A DNA stretch of 64,000 nt, from NCBI RefSeq assembly GCF_001447785.1, contig NW_015169798.1:531764-595763 (forward strand). The letters are read 5' to 3'. Under the pieces are notes generated by a model that saw only the letters and a list, made by a program, of their open reading frames with translations, was not told the DNA's origin and did no database searches. Both the position numbers and the translations under genes were made by a program. Origin of the DNA: Gekko japonicus (lineage: Eukaryota). Within the stretch, counting starts at the first letter, position 1; every line of letters starts with the position of its first letter. This document shows positions 36,713 through 47,244 of the stretch, one piece after another.

Positions 36713-37150
36713 CAGGGGAACTTATTTGTTATGAGGGCTGGATCTGACATAAATGAGACCTTGTTGGGCCAGGCCATGTGTGTCATAAAATGTAATGCCA
36801 GGTAGCAGAGATATAACTTTTATAAGGGACACAAACACAGTTAAAGATTTTTAAAACTTTAAATAAAACATGCTTAAAACACTAGCACTCTTGCAATATT
36901 TTGTTTATTTAACAGTCTCTAATAACTGACACCTCTTGCTCAGAATTATTGCATCAATGTCTGTAGCTGTAGCAATCTTGAGTATGCTGTTCAAGTGTGT
37001 ATCTGTAAGCTACAAACCTATTTTTGATTTATTGACATTCATTACAGAAATCTCATGCTCAGTGTTCAGAGCCTAGGACCCAGGGAAAAACATGAAATGG
37101 CTGGGCATCATGAGCTTTTGTACATAAATTGCTTCATGTGCTGGTCAAGA
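36713..37150 (-). mobile_element. hAT-Charlie-type transposon 3' end with transposase C-terminal remnant
   Basis: Homologous to 43852-44259; the minus strand encodes a MSIN...LTD.HLNSILKIAT-like remnant. Confidence 0.75.
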
Positions 37151-37242
37151 ACATGAGAATGCATCCTGACACAGACTGAGGGCTATGTGTTTGTCTTCCC
37201 AGGAGAAATAACCACAACTCCTATGAGGCAGTGCAAAAACAG

Positions 37243-37390
37243 AGAGACAGCAATGTATAGTGGTCAGTATCAGCCTACTATCTGGGAAGTCTAGGTTCAA
37301 AACCCCCAGTCTACAAAGGAAATGTGCTGGGTGAACTTGGTCTGGACACACACTCTCAGCCTAATCCACCTCACTGGCTTGTTGTTATTC
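37243..37390 (+). mobile_element. CORE/MIR-like SINE
   Basis: A and B box head and CTGGGTGAACTTGG...CTCTCAGCCTAA core. Confidence 0.7.
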
Positions 37391-37954
37391 CTCATCTAAA
37401 TATTTCACATTGCTTGCCTACTGAGAAAGACTGGATCATGATGGCATGAATACAGTGAAAAAGAGGAACGGAACCCAGCAGCATCCAGGAGAACCTTGGC
37501 ATAATGAGCCCAACAGCACACACACTGTAGCAAGACACACAAAAACTCATACCTTGAATAAAACTTTGTTGGTCTTAAAGGTGCTTTGTATTTCTCCCAT
37601 GCAACTGAGGCAGCTGAGCAAAGCAAGGCAGGAGAAAGGGGAGGAGCCCCAGCCAATGGAGGGGAAGAAAATGGTTGAAGAAATTTAAAAAGATTATGAC
37701 CACCCTACCACTGAAAGTTAAAGCTCAGCCAATGGCATCTTTTTAAAATGCCTTCACTGGATACCAGAAACTGATCAATCTTGTTTTGCCTGTGGCCTTA
37801 GCTCCTGGGCTATAATATTATAGACAAAAGTTTTCAAATCAGAAACAATCAGAACTAGAGGGCCTTAAAATGATGGCTACAATGACAGCTGTCCTGAAAG
37901 AAAATACAGTTCATGTGGGACTCCTCATTTCCTCTTCAAGACAGAGCCACTGAA

Positions 37955-38301
37955 GACCCTTCTCAGTAGGGTAAACAGGACTGTGGGGACTCTCTAGAAT
38001 CATGACAATGGTGACTTCAGAACCAATAATGGCTGCCTCAGGACCTGGTAAAATACAGTAGGAGCTGAAGGTGAGGCTTTGATCAGTGAACAGATCTGGA
38101 CAGAGTCTGGATTGTTGCTCCAATGCTGGATGGAAGACTGATGAAGGATTAATTATGTACTGTAGCATGGAGGACTGTGTTCTTAGAGGAGATTAGTACC
38201 TAGTTAAATGAACTGCTCTGTTTCTAAACAAGGTGATGTTGGTAGGTCTCCTGATGTACTTGCTGCTGTGCAGGTGGAAATGCCAAGAGATGAAGAGATT
38301 T
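37955..38301 (-). pseudogene. Possible decayed Ser/Thr-rich stalk exon and transmembrane exon of a type I membrane protein
   Basis: 102-bp AG/GT-bounded phase 1-1 exon (38301-38200) ISSSLGISTCTAASTSGDLPTSP with one stop; next exon GPEAAIIGSEVTIVMIL-(frameshift)-VPTVLFTLLRR. Confidence 0.3.
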
Positions 38302-39509
38302 CTGTGGAGAAAACATTATTTCAGCAGAGAGGCATTTTGGGGTGTCTCTCTGCTGACAACTGCAGGTAATGGAGAAAGTACAGCCCATAGGAGTTGATTT
38401 CTCATCATCTGTTGTGGTTTCTATAACAGAAGATTCACCCAGTAACAATTCATGAGACAAGGAGAATATTTCTACCAGTCTTATTGTCCTCAGTGTCCCT
38501 TAGTCATACAGCTCATATTTTGGGCAATGCCTGGCATATATTAGGAAACTCAAGTCATTTTAAAATAAACAATGATTAAAAGGGAAAGAAACATTGCACT
38601 GTGATCTGGTAGACAAAGCAACGATTACCACATCTGTGGGAAATTAAATATCAAAACGTCTCCCAGATCTCCTTAAATCAGAACAAAAATCAAACACCGT
38701 CAGAATATAGTTCATGTTCATCTAAACCTATGTGAATCCCTAAATGGATGGGGTAAAGAAAGAGAATATGCTAGCCAGAGTGCTCCCAGGAAGCATTAAT
38801 CTGAAATGCTTCTCTAACTGGCCATAGGCCAACATGAGGTAAATCTACTAGACGCTGCTCAGATCTGCTCTGCTTAGAACAGGTCCCAATCAAGATATGA
38901 ATGTTTGCATGTTAAATGTTTACATCATTACTCTTGTGCTGGTGCTGTCCTCTATATTGTTTTTTTGATATCGTGGTCTTTATTCAGCAAGCAAATTTTC
39001 AGAAGAAGGCACTTCTGCACACTTAAAATGAACAATTTCCCCCCTCACCTGCCTCCCTTCTTGATTCTTTCTTATTCCTATATCATCACCCCACATCTGT
39101 TATACATTTCTCCTCACAATTTTTCTTAGTCTTTCTATCACCAGTGTGCTGTTTTAAGTTTCATGATAACTGTATTCTGATTTTTGACCCTCACCCAGTC
39201 CCTCTGTTTATGCTAGCTCAGCCCTCCTTTCCTCCTTCTATAATAATCCCATCCTTTTTATAGTATCTTTCCACGAATCTGCACTTTCCACACCCTGAAT
39301 CACCCCATTCTTCTCTTTCCGTCCCTTATTTTGATCCCCTTATGAAACCTCTCCTCTACAGGCTCTTCTTTCTCCCACGCAATTCTAGTGGCTTTCTTTT
39401 TCATACCACCCACCACTTTTACTTCACTTGGGCTATGGGGAAATAGCTAGTTAGTCAACACATGCCATGATTCCCAGCCTATGGAGTTCTGAAATCACCT
39501 CCTGGAGTC

Positions 39510-39722
39510 GGATGGCTAGCCTCCAGGTGGGGCCTGAAGGTCTCCTGGATTGAGATCTCCAGGCAACAGAGATCAGTTCCCCTGGAGAAAATGGCTGCTT
39601 TGGCAGGTGGACTCTATGGCATTATACCTTTACTGAGGTCTCACTCGTTCCCAGACTCCTCCATCACCAGGCTCCCTCCCCCAAATCTTCTGGTATTTCC
39701 CTACCCAGAGTGGACAACCCTA
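39510..39722. mobile_element. hAT MITE (TAGGGTTGCCA family)
   Basis: Family internal sequence; ends GGACAACCCTA. Confidence 0.72.
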
Positions 39723-40763
39723 TCCTGGAAAAGTCTGGCATGTGGTTGGGATCACATTGTCTTTTTATTTGTCCTTGCATTGTTGGAGATGTGTTGAAGG
39801 CAAGCATGCTCAGTGTTGTGTATGAAGCCTAATGCTGATTTCACAGTGCTCTCAAGTCTGAGATTTGGGGATTTCCCCCCCCCCCTTGCAGGTATATTCT
39901 TCCTTGAACATATTTTTCTTCTCAGGTTTATGGATTGTTTCAAGCCCTAAACTGCCTTCAACCTCATAAAGATTTCTACTCATTCATAAATGGCAAGGTT
40001 AATGTTACGACATTTATACGATTATACGCCGTTGACCTGAGTGGCTGTCATAGAATATTATAGAACATTCTGCTGTATGGAAGATTACATAGTGAAACCT
40101 GACAACTAGTGCTGCTTGTATGAGGAAAGTGAAAGGACTGTTCAGCTACATGACTTAGGCTCGCTTTTTCTCTTGAAACAAGAAACATTCTGCCTTTATT
40201 TTTATTCTGATGAGTCTTAATGAACTTATTAGTGAAAGAAGGATGGGGGGGGATATCATAAGTGAAATCCTGACAATACATCTTGGATATCTGTATGAAC
40301 TTTGTCTCTTCTCTGTTCTTATAAATATTCTGTCACCTCAAGCTCAGAACATATGAGGAGCAGTTGCATAACACAATTTTCAATAGAATTTATGATGCAT
40401 GCTCTTAGTGGGAAAGAAGGCAAGAATGGCTGAAGGAAGGTTGATGGATAAGGCAGTGAGTTGAGAAGGTGCCTGGAGAAGCAATAAAGGAGAAAGTCTA
40501 GGGAATAAGGAGCAAGGAGGTTCAGGGCAGGCCCATAGCTACAGTGGGGCATTTGGGGGCCTGCCCCCTTAATTAAAAGCCCCGCCCCACAAATAGCCAT
40601 ACCAGAAACCATACTTTTGCGGAGAGACACACACACACCGCTGCCTGCTGCTGGCAGTGGTCAGGGTGCCCTCAGGATTCCCTCTCCCTCCCACTGTGGA
40701 ATTTGGGAGAGGCATCATTGGACCCAGGAAAAGACAGCTCAGAGGGCATTTAACTGCCTTTTG

Positions 40764-43719
40764 CAAGCAGACTATCTACAAGAACAAGTGGGACTAGAAA
40801 TCGGGGGGAAAGATCAAATATTTGAGAATAAATTTAACTCATAAATGTAGCTCTCTAATGGAAAATACTTACACAGAACTTATTAAAGAAGTAAATAAAG
40901 TCCTTCAAAATTGGAATGTTCTCCAATTATCTTTAATGGGAAGAATGGCCACCATCAAAATGAATATATTGCCGAAATTGCTATTCCTCTTTCAGATGAT
41001 ACCAGTAATCCAAAATTTAAATTATTTCAAAGAGCTTGATAAAATTACGACTTGATTCATTTGGCAGGGAAGAAAGCCAAGGATTAAACTTAAAATTCAT
41101 TTCACATGCTAGCAAGGTCATACTCAAGATCCTACAAGCTAGGCTTCAGCAGTATGTGGATAGATAACTGCAAGAAGTTCAAGCTGGGTTTCGAAGAGGG
41201 AGAGGAAATAGAGATCAAATTGCAAACATTTGCTGGATTATGGAGAAAGCAAGGGAGTACCAGAAAAAGATCTACTTCGGCTTCATTGACTACGCTAAAG
41301 CCTTTGATTGTGTGGATCACAACAAACTATGGCAAGTCATTAAAGAGATTGGAGTACCGGACCACCTCACATGTCTCCTGAGAAACCTGTATAAGGGTCA
41401 AAAAGTGACAGTGAGAACAGGATATGGAACAACTGATTGGTTTAGCATAGGAAAAGGAGTACAACAAGGATGTATATTGTCCCCTTGCTTATTTAATTTA
41501 TATGCAGAGTACATCATGTGAAATGCCAGCCTGGATGATTCAGAAGCCAAAATTAAGATTGCTAGGAAAAACATCAACAACCTCAGATATGCAGACGATA
41601 CCACTCTAATGGCAGAAAGTGAAGAGGACCTAAAGAGCCTCAAAGAGGAGAGCGCAAAGGTTGGCTTGAAACTCAACATCAAAAAAACTAAGATCATGTC
41701 ATCCGGCCCCATTACTCCTTGGCAAATAGAAGGGGAAGTTGTGGAAGCAGTGACAGACTTCATGTTCCTGGGATCCAAGATCACTGCAGATGGTGATTGC
41801 AGCCATGAAATTAAAAGACGCCTGCTCCTTGGGAGGAAAGAGATGGCAAACTTTGACAGCATAATAAAAACTAGAGACATCACCCTGCCAACAAAAGTCC
41901 GCATGGTCAAAGCAATGGTATTCCCAGTAGTAATGTATGGCTGCAAAAGTTGGACTATAAGGAAGGCCAAGCACCGAAGAATTGTGGTGCTGGAGAAGAC
42001 TCTTGAGAGTCCCCTGGACTTCAAGAAGATCAAATCAGTCAATCCTAAAGGAAATCAACCCTGACTGTTCCCTGGAAGGCCAGATACTGAAGCTGAAGCT
42101 TAAATACTTTGCCCACCAAATGAGAAGGGAGCACTCATTGGAGAAGACCCTGATGGTGGGAAAGACTGAAGGTCAAAGAAGAAGGGGGCGGCAAAGGATG
42201 AGATGGTTAGACAGTGTTATCAAGGCAACGAACATGAAATTAAGCAAACTCTGGAGCACAATGGAAGACAGGAGAGCCTGGCGTGATGTGGTCCATGGGC
42301 TCATGAAGAGTTGGACTCGACTATGCGACTGAACAACAACAACAACAAACTTAAAATATTACAAGACGCCAAGAATAGAGGGGGATTTGCTCTGCCAGAG
42401 TGGTCATTGTATTATAAGGCATCAGCTCTAGCCTGGATTAAAGATTGGATAACACTTGAAAATGATAGACTTCTAAAACTAGAAGGTCATGATCTGCTTC
42501 TGGGCTGGCATGCATTCACCTGGTATGAGAAAGCTAACACCCACAAATATTTTAAACAGCGCTGGCTTAGGGCCGCCTCATTAAAAATTTGGGAATAAAT
42601 TCGAAATCATTTCTATATGAAGATACCAAGATGGGTGGCTCCTCTATAAGCCTTTACAAATCCAAATATATATCAAAAGCAAATCTCAGGAAGGTATCAG
42701 GACTTACTAGATAACAAACAAGATCTCAAAAAAGGTTCAAAACTATAATTGGTGGCAAAACGTACAAATTGAATCTAGATACAATAAAGATAAGCCAGTA
42801 GGTTTTTATGCTAGATTTCTAGAAATAGATAAGATTTTGATGTATATAAACCAGAAATTTACTTCTAGAAGATAAAATGCAAGATGAAGTTGTTAAAAGT
42901 GCGATCACAGAATGGGCCCAAAAATTGGGACATAATGTTAATTTAGAACAATGGTCACAGATTTGGAAAAAAAGCATAAAAATGGCTAGAGCAATCTCTC
43001 ATAAAGAAAATATTTATAAAATGTTCCACAGGTGGTATATTACCCTGGATATTCTCTCCAAAATGGACTCTAACTGTTCAAACCTCTGCTGGAAATGCCA
43101 GATTAAAACAGGATCTTTTTATCACATGTGGTGGAAATGTGAGAAAGTAAAGGTATATTGGGCTAGAATACACGAAATAATTCAAAAAAGTTTAGGAATT
43201 TATATTCCTTTCACCCCAAAACTGTTTATGTTAAGCATACTACCGGAACAATGTCAAAAAAATGATTTACATTGTCTATTACATATTATAATTGCAGCAA
43301 GAATCCTGCTCGCAAAATACTGGAGGAAAACAGAAATACCATCCCGATTTGAAGTCATCAGTAAAATATTGGAAGCTGCAGAAATTGACAAGTTGACTTT
43401 TTATTTGAAAACCCGAACAGAAGGACAATGTACAAGAGCGTGGTCAAGATTTTATATATGGATTGGAAATCAGGAAAAGATAAACGGATAAATTACATAT
43501 ATATAAATATTTAAAATTTGAGGGAATACAATAAATTTTCTTTTTCTTGGTTCTGTAAAAAAGAAACGAAAAGAGATTGTAATGGTCTAATAGTCTCTAA
43601 TACAAAAATGTATTTAAGGGTCAATTGGATAGAGGTAACCTCTCCCTGTACATATTTTGTTATGTTTGTACAATTGTATGTTTTTTTCCCTCAACCCATT
43701 TTCTGTTTATAAAATAAAA
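40764..43719 (+). mobile_element. L1 LINE 3' half
   Basis: LSLMGRMATIKMNILPK, GGFALPEW, CWKC...H.WW.C; A-rich tail; 23-bp TSD AGAGGGCATTTAA(C/G)TGCCTTTTG. Confidence 0.92.
41097..42346 (+). mobile_element. BovB, 5'-truncated, nested in L1
   Basis: BovB RT ORF fragments; (CAA)n tail; TSD AAACTTAAAAT splitting the L1 motif KPRIKLKILQ. Confidence 0.95.
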
Positions 43720-43851
43720 AGAGGGCATTTAAGTGCCTTTTGAGTTCCCTTCCACAGGGCAAGAAAGCTTAGAAGAGCCCACAAGAGTGGCACCTTCAAT
43801 ACATCTCCAACAATCCCCCTTTCTGCTAGCCCAGGCCTGCTGTATACCGGA

Positions 43852-44259
43852 GAGGGGTGTCAAACATGTGGCCCAGGGGCCAGATCAGGCCCCTGGAGGG
43901 CTTCTATCAGGCCCACAGTGGAACTGGCTGTCTTCTGCTTCTTCTTCCACGTCTGCAGCTTACAGATACACACCTGAACAGCATACTCAAGATTGCAACA
44001 GCACAGACATTTTGATGTAATAATTCAGAGCAAGAGGAGTCAGTTTATCAGATACTGATAAATAAACAAAATATTGCAAGAGTGCTGTTTTAAGCATGTT
44101 TTTATTTTAAGTAAAAAAAAAACCCTTTGCGTTTGTGTCCTTTATAAAGTTTATATCTCCACTACCTGGCATTACATTTTATGACACACATGGCCCAGGC
44201 CAACAAAGTCTCATTTATGTCAGATCTGGCCCTCATAACAAATGAGTTCGACACCCCTG
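43852..44259. mobile_element. hAT-Charlie non-autonomous element
   Basis: TIR AGGGGTGTCAAAC / GTTCGACACCCCTG; GGCCC subterminal repeats. Confidence 0.85.
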
Positions 44260-44599
44260 ACCTAGGTCATGGTGAGTCTTTCAAAATCATTCCTATGAGC
44301 CTTTGGGAAACATGCAAATCCATTTATCTTGAAGGGCTAGAAACAGGCTCAGACCCTCCCCCTTTAAAGACAGGCATTCAGACAGTAATTTGACTGCCCC
44401 CTTAAAATTTAAAATGCCCCCCCCAAAAAAAACCAAAAGAAATCCTGGCTACGATCCTAGTTCAGTGTGAAAAAATGGAGACTGGAGGAGGGAGGTAGAA
44501 CAGACAGGGGACAAGCAGAGTAAAATAATGTACTGGAGGGCACAGAGGCAGGAGGCAAGGAAAGGCCAAGGCTTTGCCTGATGTTGCATCTTAGCATTG

Positions 44600-44720
44600 C
44601 TTTTGAGAAGTTTACTGCCTCTGGTTATGAAGGTTCCCTGCAGTCATCTTGGCTAGTAGTCCTAGATGGACATATTTTCCATTAATCTGTCTAATCCCCC
44701 TTTAGAACCATCATCCTCCG
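44600..44720 (-). mobile_element. Old CR1 fragment
   Basis: Similar to 6825-6930 (GGCTAGTAG...TCCATTAATCT.TCTAATCCCC). Confidence 0.55.
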
Positions 44721-45539
44721 CTATTTATATTCACGTCCGATCTTCTAACTCTGGGGGCCAGAGCTATATACAAGGTAGAAAGTATCCCACCATAATAATA
44801 TTATTAAAGAAAAAGTCTGAATAGTGCTTGATAGTTATTTTAAAGAAAAATTACTGCTATTTGTGAACGTACACAATCCTGATCTATATTGACATTAAGC
44901 TGTCTTTTCATGTCCCTTACTGTGGTGGAAAAAGTTACATAACGTCACAGGCACTGGCATATTGGCATATTTGTGATGTGTTTAAAGTAAGGAATCCCTA
45001 GGTCCTGATCCTGGGGAAATTTTAGCTCATATGCTTTAAACACTTCATTTGTGTATTTAGATCTGGATCTTTCCATGTAGGCAGCAAAAGATCTCTGGAT
45101 CTTTGCATAAATTTCCACCTTCTCCATCTGGTTGTTGTTGTTATTTTAAAGTCTCAGGATTCTGAAAACCTGTTCAAGGTTATTTCAAACATTGCTATAA
45201 CACACTGCAAATTAAAAGGCCATTTTGGAGTGAAAGGAAAAAATGATGATTTATTTCCCCCTGGTGGAGAAAGCTTAAAACTGCAAATTCTTTCCCCAAA
45301 TTTCTTTAAAATATTCTAATGATAGGAAGATGCAAAAATTAGTCCGAATACATTATGTTTGTACACACATATTTCCTTCCTTTCTGTCTCCTGTTGCTTT
45401 TCAAGAAAGGAGTGAGGATAGAGAAATAATGCATCCAGAAGACAGGGCCTCCAAGGGGGGGGGGACTTGGGGGGGACAAAATTCCTAGGGCCCAAGTTAG
45501 TTCGAGGGCCCCTGAAGCCAGCATCATGCTGCATTCAGA

Positions 45540-46470
45540 TTCTAATGCAGTTCTTTTTTCTTTTTTTTGGGCCCCCCAGAGGGGATTTTTTAATTTGCTT
45601 TTCTATAAAACTGCAACAGAAATTGGGAAGGGAAAAATCTACATCTAAAGGAGAAAGTAAAAAGAACCTGACTAAAAACCCAAGTGTGGGAGTTTTACAA
45701 TGCTTAAAACATAGTTATTACACTTATTCATATACTTTCAAACATGAAGAGTGCCCGCCAATCATCACTTCTGTTGACAAAACCAGCTTATCAGACTAGG
45801 CAGAAAGTAATTCCAAAACTAGAACACACATGGACACAGCCCATAAGAAAAATTGGCATCTCCTTTTACGCTTTGCTCCCCCCCTATAGGCAAAATCTTT
45901 AAAGCCAATGTTCCCTCAGTAAGAACATTTCAACAATTTATCTTCTTCCATCTTAGATGTATCTTCTTTTTCTTGTTCTTCCTCCAATTAGCTTTTAGCT
46001 TTTATAAGTTCGGATCTGTCCATTCATGATATAAACCAAATTCCTTTTTCCAGGGACATCTTCTCTTCCTTAAATGTCTTGCAACAAAAGAGACCTTCCT
46101 TTTGTTGCATTAAAAACACATTCATTGAAGAATCCAACCTTTCTCTTAGCAAACCGATCTTATGAAGTTGGGGTAGTGAGCCCTTTACTCCAAAAAACCG
46201 CTTTTCGATCCGTTTGCCAATCCAACCACAAATGAACTAAACTTTAGAATCTCTAACCATTCATAAGTCTCTATGATCAAAGTGCACACCAAATACTGTC
46301 CCTTTAAAAATATAGCCCCAACTCCAAACAGCCCCATTGCCAGAGCGATGCGTAGCGTCATGTCCTGGCGACTGTGGTGCAACGTGTCTTGCTGTCCCCG
46401 CGGCAGGGATTCTGCAAAGACATGTGATCCCCCACCGCAATTTGGCAAGATTTGGGAGCCCTAAATCAAC
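45540..46470 (-). mobile_element. Possible decayed L1 5'UTR and ORF1
   Basis: CpG-containing 5' part followed by A-rich, Glu/Lys-rich minus-strand reading; no intact ORF. Confidence 0.3.
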
Positions 46471-46747
46471 CCCTTGTTAATATTATTAACAGAAGTGGGA
46501 GGGGGAGTTAATATTTTCCCATAATCTATTAAAGTAGTAAAAGGATGCTCCCACACACACACATGGTCATATAATGTTAATTTGAGTTAGTGGTTACACA
46601 TGTGGAACAGAAGTTAGAATTCCCCCTTAATTAGTTTTAATTACATTTAAACAATGTTCAGGCAGGGGGTTGTTGTTGTATTGGTGGGACAACTAACATC
46701 CTTTGTAAATGCTACTTTGCTACTGTAGACTTAAGCTTCAGGTTACA

Positions 46748-46944
46748 TGGGGTTGCCAGCCTCCAGGTGGGGCCTGGAGATCTTCTGCTTTTACAACTGA
46801 TCTCCAGCTGACAGAGATCAGCTCCCTGGAGAAAATGGCTGCTTTGAAGGGTGGACTCTATGGCATTGTACCATGCTGAAGCCCCTCCCCACCCTCTTCC
46901 CCCAAAGTCTCCAGGTATTTTCCAACCCAGACCTGGCAACCCTA
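46748..46944. mobile_element. hAT MITE (TAGGGTTGCCA family)
   Basis: TGGGGTTGCCA...TGGCAACCCTA with perfect 8-bp TSD AGGTTACA. Confidence 0.9.
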
Positions 46945-47099
46945 AGGTTACATGACAAATGACATATTTTTTTTAGAAAATATGCCAACAAAATCAGCCC
47001 CATACAGCACATTACATAATCAGTTTACCCCTGCTTTTTTGCTAGGTATACAAGGGTAAACTTAAATAGATTTCTTACTGATTTACTTACTAAAAAATA

Positions 47100-47150
47100 T
47101 TGTGATATGAAGTTTTTGTGAACTAGAGTCCACTTCATCAGATGTAAGAA
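47100..47150 (-). mobile_element. Penelope pseudo-LTR hammerhead remnant
   Basis: Minus strand CTGATGAAGTGGACTCTAGTTCAC(A)AAA with stem II GTGGAC / GTTCAC. Confidence 0.55.
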
Positions 47151-47244
47151 GTGTGTCCTATATTGGTGAGTACAAATATAAAATATGTGTGTACAAATAT
47201 AAAACTACAAAAGTAGACACATGGTCTGCATCAGGGTTGTGCGG

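Larger units (their letters stand above)
40528..44459. mobile_element. Non-autonomous hAT element hosting nested insertions
   Basis: Degenerate TIR CAGGCCCATAGC / GCTACGATCCTA; 8-bp TSD GTTCAGGG / GTTCAGTG. Confidence 0.6.

Noticed and set aside
44945-45130. Defensin-like C...FCC reading and a 60-aa ORF
   Set aside because: In-frame stop just upstream, incomplete Cys pattern, no usable acceptor or signal exon
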